Shown here piece by piece: positions 1 through 10,196 of a stretch of DNA of 64,000 nt (its first letter is position 1; each line of letters begins with the position of its first letter). Below the pieces are notes generated by a model. That model searched no databases, was not told the DNA's origin, and was given only the letters and a program-made list of their open reading frames with translations. The stretch comes from Puniceicoccales bacterium (GTDB taxonomy: Bacteria > Verrucomicrobiota > Verrucomicrobiia > Opitutales > UBA9783): positions 10,980-74,979 of the forward strand of contig JAITAV010000024.1 in NCBI GenBank assembly GCA_031283895.1, written 5' to 3'. A program made the position numbers and the translations under genes.

Positions 1-1
1 C

Positions 2-1285
2 AGATTTTTAGAACAAATTCAAGAAACAAATACCCATGGATTCTTTTCAGATGAGACGGAATGCGGGATAGGTGGCGTGTACGACGTTTTGGGGTTAATG
101 TGCTTTATCTTCATTCGGCAAACTTTAAAATTACATGTCAATTTATCCCTATGCGAGCGTAAGTTGCCCAGCTTACGGACATTTGCAGAAAAATATTTAA
201 AATTGTTTCCTGACCTTGTTCGTTCCGATGGACTCGGATGGGCTTATGGCAGAGGCGTCGGTGTTTACGGGCAAATGTATTGCATCAGTATGATTTTACA
301 ATTCCTTCGCGATGGCTGGATTGGTACCGACAAAAGACCCATTTATTTGGATTTATTACGCCGCTTATTTCAATACTTTTTCGTTACCTACTTGGATCAA
401 GAAAACGGCGCATTGGTTGTGAACGATACCGAACGTTCTACCTTACTTTCGCAAACAACGCGCATCGTTAGTTTTGACGCCGCACGTTACTTGTGTCAAT
501 GGTCACGGCTAGCAAATGTTGTCGGTATCTCGCTGAATGTACCCATAGGTACTCCCAAAACGAGTGGACGATTTATTATTTTCGATAAATCCAATCAAAA
601 GGAGCAAGGCGTTTTTACCTACCAAAATGCATCGTCTAAGCTGCATGTGCAATTGCCATTAATCAGTGGACGTGGCAAAACCAATGAGTCCGATGCTTTG
701 GCATTTCCTCACTGCCCAGGAGTTTTCGATTGGCCCGTTAACGCGTATTTGCCTGTTTTATTACCCGAACTTACATTGGGGGCCATCAAGGTAATCCCTT
801 CCTATTACGGTAAAAAATGTACCACCGGCCTAGGTTTAAACAATACTTTTTTTTTCCGCTACGAACAACCAGAACTCATTTCACACGACGAAAACATGTT
901 GCCCGGTCTGGGAAGCTGTAAAGTGGGTTGGACGTTTGCAAAAGATGAAGTCAAAGCAGATTTTTCCTTCAAATTTAAACAAGCAATCACCTTAGATGCC
1001 TTTAGATACGTAATTCCCGTTTGCAGTCCACATTCACGTTACCGTTTGGGAAATTCTTTCACACTGGGTAAGAATGGTTTACAGGTAGCCGTTTTAAAAG
1101 ACGATTTTGGTGCAAACTGGAAAGAAATACAAGACGTCATGCAAAACCCAATGTATAAGACATATTACGGGAAAATTTGTTACCTACAAGTTTTGGAACG
1201 TACAATGCCTCTCAATCTACAAACAAACAGGGAATACCAGCTGCAAATTCAATTGCAACCGGACATTCAATGGATTGCGAGATAA
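2..1285 (+). CDS. hypothetical protein, N-terminus upstream of the window
   Basis: The frame is open from base 2 to the TAA at 1283-1285. The ORF-track entry 77..1285 starts at an internal GTG. No diagnostic motif recognised by eye. Confidence 0.5.
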   Translation, partial: RFLEQIQETNTHGFFSDETECGIGGVYDVLGLMCFIFIRQTLKLHVNLSLCERKLPSLRTFAEKYLKLFPDLVRSDGLGWAYGRGVGVYGQMYCISMILQFLRDGWIGTDKRPIYLDLLRRLFQYFFVTYLDQENGALVVNDTERSTLLSQTTRIVSFDAARYLCQWSRLANVVGISLNVPIGTPKTSGRFIIFDKSNQKEQGVFTYQNASSKLHVQLPLISGRGKTNESDALAFPHCPGVFDWPVNAYLPVLLPELTLGAIKVIPSYYGKKCTTGLGLNNTFFFRYEQPELISHDENMLPGLGSCKVGWTFAKDEVKADFSFKFKQAITLDAFRYVIPVCSPHSRYRLGNSFTLGKNGLQVAVLKDDFGANWKEIQDVMQNPMYKTYYGKICYLQVLERTMPLNLQTNREYQLQIQLQPDIQWIAR

Positions 1286-1469
1286 TGCTTATTGCACTGC
1301 AATGGTGTGTGTTCAACTTTTTTAGCAGTCTTTTTGTACAACATTTCCAATGTCGGTTTTAGGGTTACTCAGTGTAAATAAAATAGATTTTTGTACAACT
1401 TTCAAAAAAATAAAACATGGATGTATTTTGTACGTTGACAATTTCAAAAATCTGTTTTTATAAAGAGAC

Positions 1470-2579
1470 ATGAAACATGTTTCAGTTTGCGTTATAGGTA
1501 TCGGTACATTATTGTTGTCCGGTTGCCAAACAACGAAGGTGGGACCACGTGCACTCAAAAGTTCCCACAGTGCTTACAATCAGGCACTCGTCACCACATT
1601 AGATGAACAGCTTTTAACCAATATTGTTCGCCTACGTTATCGTGATAACCCTGTCTTTCTGGAAGCTAACACAATTACTCAAAGCAACAAAGCCAATGGT
1701 AGTTTGGGTTTAGAGTTTTCGAAAACCTTTTTGGGGAAACCAACTAATGGCGCTTACAATGGTAGTGGGAGTATTAAGCCCAGTATGGGTTGTGAAGATG
1801 GATCACAAATTGTCTTAAAACCGTTGACGGGCAACGAGTTTATTAAGAAATTAATGACTCCCATTCAAAATCCCATCTTAATTTCCATGATTCAGTCGGG
1901 ATGGCGAGCCGATCGCGTGTTCAATTTGTGCGTCGAAAGAATTAACAATCTTTACAATGCACCTACCGCGAGTGGACCTACGCCTACGTATGCACCTGAA
2001 TACGCAAAATTTTACCGCTTTACCGAATTGCTACGCACCTTCCAGCGCAATAACTTGATCAATTTTGGAGAGCAGCCCGATGTTAATTTTGCGGATCTCA
2101 TGTTAAGAATTACGGAAACTCCTTCATTTGCAAAAGAAATAAAAGAATTTAAGACGTTGGCTAACATTAATCCCAACATCAATGAATTTAAATTCAAGAG
2201 TAGCTTCTTGGAGATGAGTCCAAAGAAGTTAACGATGCGAGCACGTTCTTTATTGGGGATATTTTTCTTCTTGTCGCAAGGCGTAGAAGTACCTGAAGAA
2301 GACGAAACCCAAGGTTTAGTAACCATTACGCAAAACTTAGATGGATCCAAATTCGACTGGAATACGCTTTCGACACGGTTCTTAACCGTCCATTGCAGCA
2401 CGTCCAAAATAAAGCCAAATAACACTTACGTTGCCTGTCATTATCGCAATAAATGGTTTTTCATCGCGGATAACGACTTGGAATCCAAAACGAGTTTTAT
2501 GCTGCTCAATCAGATATTCACGCTGCAATCTTCAAAATATAAATCCTCCGATCCAATCCTTGTATTGTCCGGATCTTAA
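1470..2579 (+). CDS. putative lipoprotein, function unknown
   Basis: ATG preceded by AAGAGA. N-terminus MKHVSVCVIGIGTLLLSGCQ is a hydrophobic signal with a lipobox-like LLSGC. A terminator hairpin follows. Confidence 0.6.
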   Translation: MKHVSVCVIGIGTLLLSGCQTTKVGPRALKSSHSAYNQALVTTLDEQLLTNIVRLRYRDNPVFLEANTITQSNKANGSLGLEFSKTFLGKPTNGAYNGSGSIKPSMGCEDGSQIVLKPLTGNEFIKKLMTPIQNPILISMIQSGWRADRVFNLCVERINNLYNAPTASGPTPTYAPEYAKFYRFTELLRTFQRNNLINFGEQPDVNFADLMLRITETPSFAKEIKEFKTLANINPNINEFKFKSSFLEMSPKKLTMRARSLLGIFFFLSQGVEVPEEDETQGLVTITQNLDGSKFDWNTLSTRFLTVHCSTSKIKPNNTYVACHYRNKWFFIADNDLESKTSFMLLNQIFTLQSSKYKSSDPILVLSGS

Positions 2580-2603
2580 GATTCACTATTTATTATAACT
2601 TCC

Positions 2604-2640
2604 AAAGGCTCATTGTGATAATGGGCCTTTTTATTTTTTC
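2604..2640 (+). terminator. rho-independent terminator candidate downstream of the lipoprotein gene
   Basis: aaaggctcatt / gtgat loop / aatgggccttt stem (one G-U pair) followed by ttttattttttc. Confidence 0.5.
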
Positions 2641-2716
2641 AAGTTTTTTAATTTTTATCCTATTTACCCTTGACCTCCATTGGAAAATTCATTGTTTTTA
2701 AAACTTATTACGCAGA

Positions 2717-2793
<77 letters not shown>

Positions 2794-3006
2794 ATTTTTA
2801 ATGGTTGATGTATGTTAATTGAAAGCTTAAAATTTTCTTTGTGAAAGTAGTATTATGTTTTTGAAAAAGGAAAAATTTTTTAAGGTAAAAAGTTGTTTTT
2901 CTTTATTCTTTTAAACGATATCTCTTAATCAAGAATTTATAATATAATTCGAGCTATAGTATTGCAAAGTTTAATATTACCAACCAATAACAACTATCAC
3001 CTACAT

Positions 3007-3702
3007 ATGAATCTTCAACAAGAAGCTGATAAAATCAGACAGCGGTACTATCGACGAGTAGCAAAAGATAAATCACCGTTTTATAGTGCTGTAAATGGCA
3101 GTGCTGCCATTAGTTTTATAGAAAAATACTTTCATATCACTCAGCTTCTCTATAAATTTTTTGGTTATGATTTTACTGAAAAATTCTATTTGGAAGTTGG
3201 TTGCGGAACAGGAACAAATTTACTTTTACTGTTAATGCTAGGTATTCCAGCAGACCATTTGGCAGGTAATGATATTTTTGCACCCAGTTTACAAACGGCA
3301 CGTATACGTTTACCTGAAGCTGTCAGATTGGAATACAATAACTTTTTAGATATTAAATATGTTCCCGAATCTTGCGATTGTATTTTTTTGTCTACCGTTT
3401 TAAGCTCAATTTTAGATAAAGAATTTCAGAAACAAATGATGCAGAAGTGTTATGCATTGCTAAAGCCTAATGGTTATCTTCTAATATATGATTTCGTATT
3501 CGATAATCCGAGAAATCCGGATGTAAAAGGCATTTCTCTACCTTTTTTAAGACAAACAGAAAAATGGAGACAATCGGCATTTAAACGTGTGACACTTGCT
3601 CCTCCGATTGCTCGTAGACTCTCTAAATTTCCTTTGTTGATTAACATATTGACATGTATGAAGTTTTTGAATACACATATAATTGGTTTTTTACAGAAAT
3701 AA
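3007..3702 (+). CDS. class I SAM-dependent methyltransferase
   Basis: Motif I LEVGCGTGTNLLLL and post-I/II pattern (NDIF..., IFLSTVL, LKPNGYLLIYDF). ATG at 3007 chosen over the upstream TTG at 2962. The stop overlaps the next start (TAATG). Confidence 0.75.
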   Translation: MNLQQEADKIRQRYYRRVAKDKSPFYSAVNGSAAISFIEKYFHITQLLYKFFGYDFTEKFYLEVGCGTGTNLLLLLMLGIPADHLAGNDIFAPSLQTARIRLPEAVRLEYNNFLDIKYVPESCDCIFLSTVLSSILDKEFQKQMMQKCYALLKPNGYLLIYDFVFDNPRNPDVKGISLPFLRQTEKWRQSAFKRVTLAPPIARRLSKFPLLINILTCMKFLNTHIIGFLQK

Positions 3703-4892
3703 TGACTCAGTCGGTTCCATTTTTTCGGCCTAGTATTGGTCAAGAAGAGCAAGACAACATTTTAAGTGTCTTAAAAAATGGATGGTTAACAACAGGTATA
3801 TGGTGCAAAAAATTTGAACAAGCATTTGCAGAATACATTGGAGTAAAACACTGTGTCGCTGTTAATTCTGCAACGGCTGCACTTCACTTATCAGTGATTG
3901 CAAGTGGCATTCGTCCCGGAGAAGCGGTGCTTGTGCCAACGATGACATTCGTTTCAACTGTAGAAGTTTTATACTATCACAATATCCACCCTATTTTAGT
4001 AGACTGTGATCCAAAAGATTTGACAATGTCGGCCCAAGATGCACGTTGTAAGTTATTGCAAGCACGTGAAAAAGGAGTACGTGTTACGGGCGTCATTCCC
4101 GTACATTACGCAGGTAAAATGGTACAAATGGATTGGGTTGAAAGTTTGGTCGAAGAATTCGACTTAAAGATTATCGAAGACGCTGCCCATTGTTGTTGTT
4201 CCAAATATTTTTCAAATCGACATAAAAAGTGGTTTAAAAAATGTCCTACTTCATTAACGCAGTGTTATTCTTTTTATTGTACTAAATGCATAACAACGGG
4301 AGGTGAAGGGGGTATCGTTGCCACAGATTCCGATGAACTGGCCAATAAAATCCGAAGTTTATCTTTACATGGCTTATCCACAAATGCTTGGGAACGTTTT
4401 TCGGAACAGGGTGATGCTTTTTACGATATTACTACACTTGGTTACAAATACAATCTAACAGATGTAGCTGCTGCTATTGGATGCGCACAACTAGTGAAAG
4501 CGGATCATTTTACAAAGCATCGTATTCAAGCCGTTGCTATTTATAAAAAATTTCTACAAGGCATTCCTCATATTAGTTGCTTGCAAGATGAGCCAGAGCA
4601 TTTTTTACACTCATACCATTTATTTGTGATAAAATTAAATACCATGCAAACATTGGTATCGCGTGACCAACTTATACAACAATTGAAAATTAAGCACATT
4701 GTGACCTCTGTTCACTGGAAGCCATTACATTTACACTCATTTTATCAAAAACAAGGATACACTGCGTCCTCTTTTCCAGAGGCAACTCATGCTTTTAATC
4801 AAATTATTAGCCTACCATTGTTTCCCGATATTACAGAAGAACAAATTTATCACGTTGTAAATACATTGAAAAAGCTTCTTACTGGCGGCTAG
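3702..4892 (+). CDS. DegT/DnrJ/EryC1/StrS-family PLP-dependent sugar aminotransferase
   Basis: VPFFRPSIGQEE start, NSATAALHL, IIEDAAH, and the PLP-lysine region SFYCTKCITTGGEGG. Carries an unusual Cys/Lys-rich insertion (CCCSKYFSNRHKKWFKKC) before the lysine. Confidence 0.85.
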   Translation: MTQSVPFFRPSIGQEEQDNILSVLKNGWLTTGIWCKKFEQAFAEYIGVKHCVAVNSATAALHLSVIASGIRPGEAVLVPTMTFVSTVEVLYYHNIHPILVDCDPKDLTMSAQDARCKLLQAREKGVRVTGVIPVHYAGKMVQMDWVESLVEEFDLKIIEDAAHCCCSKYFSNRHKKWFKKCPTSLTQCYSFYCTKCITTGGEGGIVATDSDELANKIRSLSLHGLSTNAWERFSEQGDAFYDITTLGYKYNLTDVAAAIGCAQLVKADHFTKHRIQAVAIYKKFLQGIPHISCLQDEPEHFLHSYHLFVIKLNTMQTLVSRDQLIQQLKIKHIVTSVHWKPLHLHSFYQKQGYTASSFPEATHAFNQIISLPLFPDITEEQIYHVVNTLKKLLTGG

Positions 4893-4897
4893 TTCAT

Positions 4898-5482
4898 ATG
4901 TTAAAACGCACTTTCGATATTCTAGTGTCTCTATTTGGTTTGTGTTGTTTATTACCATTTTTATTATTTATAGGGTTGTTGGTTTACATTCAAAAGGGAT
5001 GTCCAATTTTTTTTAAACAAAAACGAATTGGACATTATGGAAATCCCTTCTTTCTATGGAAATTTAGGACGATGGTAGACTCCAAAACACAGAATATACA
5101 ATTAGCAACTACAGACGATAAACGTATTACACCCATTGGTCGCATATTAAGGAAATACAAGATAGATGAATTACCTCAACTGTGGAATGTTTTAAAAGGT
5201 GACATGAGTCTGGTTGGATACCGTCCAGAAGTTCCTTATTATGTGGAAAAATACACCCCAGAACAAAAGAAACTTTTACACTACAAACCTGGTATTGTTG
5301 ACCCAGCTACCCTATACTTCAAAGATGAAAATAATTTGCTGAATGCCAGCAAAAATATTGAATACGATTACATTCATAAAATCCTACCCATAAAACTTAA
5401 ACTTAGTTTAGATTATGCCCAAAAATCAACTTTTAGGTCTGACTTAAAATGTATTTTGGAAACAATCTTCAAACTTTTCTAA
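4898..5482 (+). CDS. small monotopic phosphoglycosyl transferase (bacterial sugar transferase, PglC/WbaP-C type)
   Basis: KRTFDILVSLFGL membrane hairpin, PIFFKQKRIG, WKFRTM, DELPQLWNVLKGDMSLVGYRPE. Confidence 0.85.
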   Translation: MLKRTFDILVSLFGLCCLLPFLLFIGLLVYIQKGCPIFFKQKRIGHYGNPFFLWKFRTMVDSKTQNIQLATTDDKRITPIGRILRKYKIDELPQLWNVLKGDMSLVGYRPEVPYYVEKYTPEQKKLLHYKPGIVDPATLYFKDENNLLNASKNIEYDYIHKILPIKLKLSLDYAQKSTFRSDLKCILETIFKLF

Positions 5483-5589
5483 GCATGCTTAATAAATGTT
5501 TGCCATAGGTTTTTGCTTTTGCAAAAATCTATTTAGGTATCATAATTAAATTGCCTGCCCTATTTTTAACTACTTATTAAAGCCTTTAC

Positions 5590-6791
5590 CTAGAGTTCAG
5601 CCTTTCTTAAAATTTGCAGGACTTTTAAAATATGAAGTAAGTAAAAAATTATCTGAACGCAAGTTAATAACGTCAAGAATGTTATAAAAGTCAGTGACAT
5701 CATCTTCTGAACTACAAACACAAAAAATAAACCTACAAAAAAGCAAAAATGCCAGTTACAAAAAAATCTATTTTCCGAATACAGAATAGGGATTTGTTTG
5801 AAAGACGAAGACACAAAATAGAAAAAACCGCCAACAGATAAGATACGTAATGAGTTTCTATCTATACTCCATTTTGCATCAATTAAATGATGGCAAATTA
5901 GGTCAGAGAAAAGAGCAATTAATGCAAAACCAACAAATCCAACAACAAAAATACACAAAAACAGCTTTTTTTGAAAAGAGAATACTAGACGTTTCAATTG
6001 TAATCTTTCTCCTACTTCTTGAAAGATAACATCGCTTATCTTGTTAGCAAGAGCAGAAATAGGATAGTTTACAATCCTTGTTAGCAAACCAAATAATCCA
6101 ACATAATGAAAATTAAAGCAAAACGGCAGTAATAAAATTGGAAACTGTTGCCTTAATTGATTGAAAAAACAACCCACATAAATGTTCCATTGCCGAATTC
6201 CATCATTTTTAATTATGCTACCCATTTCGTGCAAGCTGGGGACAGTTCTCAAAGAGAATAACCAATATCCAAAGCTAATAAAACATGGAATAATTAGGCT
6301 AGTAATATATCCTATAATAAGGCCATGTTGATGCTGCAAAACTAGCGCTGCAATTGGAAAACAAACGCCTTGAAAAATTTGAAGATACGCACTAAGCTTA
6401 TAATCTCCTTTTTTGTTATTATAAATAAAAAATGCTTCAGAGGAAAAAAGAAAAAAAGAAAAGAAAAGAAAGGAATGTAGTAATATAATTTATATTGAAT
6501 GGGTAAAAATGTATACACACATACAAGCAAAATTAAACTTAAAAAAAAAGAACAAACGAATGATGCCAATAGCAAATCGTTTGCCTTTTTTACTGAGCAT
6601 TTAGGAATTATCCACTCTATACGTAGTCCTAATATTACACAAAATAATTGACTTATACTCATAATAAAATAAAAAGAACCAAATAAGGCAGGAGGGTATT
6701 TTTTTGTTAAAAAAGGTATTAATATTACACCAGTTAATTGAGAAATCCATAAAGATATACTTATTAATGATAATTTTCGTATGAACATCAT
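5590..6791 (-). pseudogene. wzx: Wzx-type (MOP superfamily) flippase interrupted by a frameshift
   Basis: ORFs 6342..6791 (N-terminal, MMFIRKLSLISISLWISQLTGVILIPFLTKKY) and 5590..6339 together give ~400 aa of polytopic protein. The downstream frame is open back to 6490 and overlaps the upstream frame within a T-rich tract (plus-strand A6 6444-6449, A7 6451-6457). Confidence 0.55.
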
Positions 6792-7309
6792 ATCATTTGG
6801 GGTTTTTATATATCTTTTTTGTGAAATGTCTCGATTTTTTTGTCATCGAGGATTTGTGGTCAAGGTTGGTGTTATTATCAATATATACATACAATTTTCC
6901 ATACAAGCCTATTATTTGTATGGACTTTTTTAATTTTGCTTTTGTTGTCGTATTATGAATTATAGGAAGTAAGAAGCAATTATGATAAGTGTAATTATTT
7001 ATATTATTTGTCTATGTATTTTACTTATATGGCTGTTTTATTTATCGACAAAAATTGGATTTGGCTTTATTTTAAAAAGCATAATTGTTTTTGTGAGCAT
7101 TTATATGTTTTTTGTTTGGTATTTTTGTAGCCTTATTAGAAATTTTTATTGCTTTACGTAAGAGGTGTTAGTTATGGATAAAGGAATATTATATCCTATG
7201 TGTTTCCAATTATCTAATGGTCTCATCATTAGTATATTAAACTCTATGATAAAAGGTGGCTTAGGGATCTCGCTATTCCTACTTTTTATTATATACTGTT
7301 GCGAAAAAA

Positions 7310-8017
7310 ATGTTAATTATTGAATTTTGTGGAGGAACAAGTGTTGGTAAAACAACGCTTATCAAAGAATTAAACTTGCAATCAAAGCGTGTCATTACAG
7401 CATACAATTACATTTTTCAGTGGTTAAAAATACGCCGTACGAAATGGACTTACATATTTATTTTACATCCATTTTTATATTTTCATTTTTTAAGATTATG
7501 TATCCGTAAAAGGTATTTTTTTGCATTTTTTTTTTCATATTTTTAAGAAGCCAAAGTATCCATTTATAATTAAATTGAAACTTTGCAATAATCTCATAAG
7601 AACTTTCGGTACTGCCTTTTTTTGAATGGGCACAACACTTACCAAAACTATGACATAATCATAATAGATGAAGGGCCGATACAAATAATTAATAGTATGG
7701 TTACTACATTTCATGATAAAGTAAATATAAATTACCCATTAAACAAACAATTACTTTCAAAATTGCCCCATGAATTATTTTTCAAAATTATTATTATATA
7801 TGACAGTGACAAAAATGTAGCTATTAGATCGTTAAAAAGGGGTGACGCTGCCTTGGGTTGTAAACATTTATCTTATCGAGAATGGTTGTGCTTCGCAAAA
7901 AATAATAGAAAAAACTTTGAATATTTAGAATCTTTATTAAATGACAAAATTACATGTGTTATTCGCTCACAAAATAAATTAAATATTCTAAGGGAAAAAT
8001 TAAATATTAATATCTAA
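7310..8017 (+). pseudogene. P-loop NTPase/kinase-like gene broken by two homopolymer frameshifts
   Basis: Walker A GGTSVGKTT (7310 ORF) and Walker B IIIIDEGP (7622 ORF) lie in the same frame. The intervening segment is open only in another frame. The junctions fall at T10 (7526-7535) and T7 (7617-7623); T9 and T8 would restore one ~235-aa ORF. Confidence 0.55.
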
Positions 8018-9495
8018 TGAAGGCATTAAAGGCATTAATAGAAGTTTTGAATGTAATCAATAATGCCGGAATAAACTATTGCCATTGGAAGTCAAATAAC
8101 AATTTAGGCGATTCATTGCAAGGAAATAGTGATCTTGATATTTTAGTTACCTCAAGCGATCTACATAAATTAAAATCCATTTTATTACAAAATGGGTTTG
8201 TTGAAATGTATACGCTAACATCTAAATATCAACCAGGAATTTACCATTTTTACAAATTTGATACAGAATGTTCAAAAATTATACACTTTCATTTGTTTGT
8301 GGATCTTATTACAGGTAATGGGGTAGTTAAAAATTTTCACCTCCCATTTCGTGATATGTTATTAAAAGAAACTCGTCTGCATAAAAATTTGATCCTTGTT
8401 CCAAGCTTAGAAGCTGAATTTGTTGTATTTATTTTTCGTTTATTAAGCAAACAAGGAAACTTATTTGATTTTCGAAATTTTTTGAAAGAAAAAAAGCAAA
8501 TTATGGATGAATTTAAAACTTTTATAAAACACATCAGTTGTAAAAAAGTATTGGTTTTATTGCAGTCTCATCACGCAAACGAATTTTTGGTGCCATTTTA
8601 TCACCAAGCTGTACAATATTTGAAAGCAAAATCTTGGATTAGATTATTTATATTGGGGATAAAATTTAAACGAACTGCAAATTGGTATAGGTATCCATGT
8701 TTTGTTGCCATGTATATGGAAATGAAAACGATTTTTCGATATTTATGCTGTAAGATGAGAAAAGAGAATACTGTACGTTTTGGTTCCCCAACACCCATTG
8801 TAGTCCTTATTGGAGGCCCTGCATCAGGCAAAACTACACTCACAAAAAATATTACAAAAATTTTGCACCCTTATTTAGACGTACACTACTTCCATGTTGG
8901 AAAACCCGAAGCATCTTGGATATTTTGTTGGATACGCTTTTTTTTACCATTAATGAGAAAAATGTTACCACACCACACATCAACTTACCTTGAAAAAACG
9001 CAACAATTGGGCACTTTGGTAGAGTTTTCCTACTTACACGTTTTCAGAAAGCTTATTCTTGCATACGAACGTAAAAAACTAATAACGAAAATTGTCAGAA
9101 AATCAATGTCCGGATCCTTATGTTTATGCGATCGATATCCGTTGAATAATAAATTTTTAACAGATGGTAGTACTTTTTCCGATCATGATATTGCTTTTGA
9201 ACATTCAAATTTCAAACGCATGTTAATGCGCATGGAAAAAAGAATTTACCAAACTTTTCCAAAACCAAATTTGACATTTTTTTTAAAGACATCTCCTAAA
9301 GTTGCACTTTTGAGAAACAATACCCGTCTTCAATCTTATAAAGATGAAACATATTTATTATTTAGACATAAACTTTTATGTGAAATTGAAAAATTCTATG
9401 ATGGAGATTCTTCGTTTTATATAATAAACACAGAAACTATGGGAGAAGAACACTGTTCTAATTTTATTATCAGTTCTATTTTGAAAAATATTTAG
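8017..9495 (+). CDS. two-domain protein: N-terminal nucleotidyltransferase-fold region plus C-terminal P-loop kinase-like domain
   Basis: TAATG overlap with the upstream gene. N-terminus INYCHWKSNNNLGDSLQGNSDLDILV resembles Pol-beta-type NTase motifs. C-terminal Walker A VVLIGGPASGKTTL followed by CDRYP, as in dNK/thymidylate-kinase-like folds. Confidence 0.55.
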   Translation: MKALKALIEVLNVINNAGINYCHWKSNNNLGDSLQGNSDLDILVTSSDLHKLKSILLQNGFVEMYTLTSKYQPGIYHFYKFDTECSKIIHFHLFVDLITGNGVVKNFHLPFRDMLLKETRLHKNLILVPSLEAEFVVFIFRLLSKQGNLFDFRNFLKEKKQIMDEFKTFIKHISCKKVLVLLQSHHANEFLVPFYHQAVQYLKAKSWIRLFILGIKFKRTANWYRYPCFVAMYMEMKTIFRYLCCKMRKENTVRFGSPTPIVVLIGGPASGKTTLTKNITKILHPYLDVHYFHVGKPEASWIFCWIRFFLPLMRKMLPHHTSTYLEKTQQLGTLVEFSYLHVFRKLILAYERKKLITKIVRKSMSGSLCLCDRYPLNNKFLTDGSTFSDHDIAFEHSNFKRMLMRMEKRIYQTFPKPNLTFFLKTSPKVALLRNNTRLQSYKDETYLLFRHKLLCEIEKFYDGDSSFYIINTETMGEEHCSNFIISSILKNI

Positions 9496-9505
9496 AAAAC
9501 TTATG

Positions 9506-10177
9506 TTAAGTAAATGTAACTATAAAATGCGATTCAAATAACAGGTATCCTCCATCGGAAACGTATCGATGGCACTTTTGAAAATAATCATCAATCGATT
9601 GCTTTGTGTTATGATCATATGTAGAGTGGTTAGCAAAAGATAAAACGACATCGTAGGATTGTTCATAATTAAATTCTTCAAAAGTACCCGCCCAAAATTT
9701 AGCATTGTCCCGTTTGAGGAAACTTTTTGCGCAATTGGCAACTTGAATCAGGTAAGGATTGATGTCAAATCCTTCAATTTTCTTACATAAGGGTGCGATT
9801 TCTAAAGCAAGAAAACCAGCATTTGTTCCAATATCTAAAACAGTTTTACCCGCAATATATTTTTCCCATTGCATACCAGCGATGCGTGCTTCGGTATTTC
9901 TAAAACCTGTAATATGAATAAGACGGCAGGACTGATAAAAATATCCTTCACCATAATCATAAGACGTGTATTCTCGTAATTGAGCTTCTAGAATTTTCGC
10001 GATTTCATAATGTAAAGATAATTGCTTCCGAATCCTAAAATAATCCTTAAGCCTATTTAAAATAGCCTGCTTTTTAGCTTTATCTTTCGATTTTGAAGAA
10101 TCTTGCAAAAACACACCACACGCCTTTAATGGGTTAAATGTTTCGTAAAGTAGCGAAAAATAACTCTTGCTGCTCAT
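9506..10177 (-). CDS. class I SAM-dependent methyltransferase
   Basis: Motif I GKTVLDIGTNAGFLALEIAP, then IEGFDINP and YDVVLSF. Confidence 0.75.
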   Translation of the reverse strand: MSSKSYFSLLYETFNPLKACGVFLQDSSKSKDKAKKQAILNRLKDYFRIRKQLSLHYEIAKILEAQLREYTSYDYGEGYFYQSCRLIHITGFRNTEARIAGMQWEKYIAGKTVLDIGTNAGFLALEIAPLCKKIEGFDINPYLIQVANCAKSFLKRDNAKFWAGTFEEFNYEQSYDVVLSFANHSTYDHNTKQSIDDYFQKCHRYVSDGGYLLFESHFIVTFT

Positions 10178-10196
10178 AAAACATAGTTATCCTCAA

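Noticed and set aside
6899-6937. Hairpin ccataca/tgtatgg followed by a T tract on the plus strand.
   Set aside because: No plus-strand gene ends upstream of it; it lies in the wzx promoter region. Probably fortuitous in AT-rich DNA.
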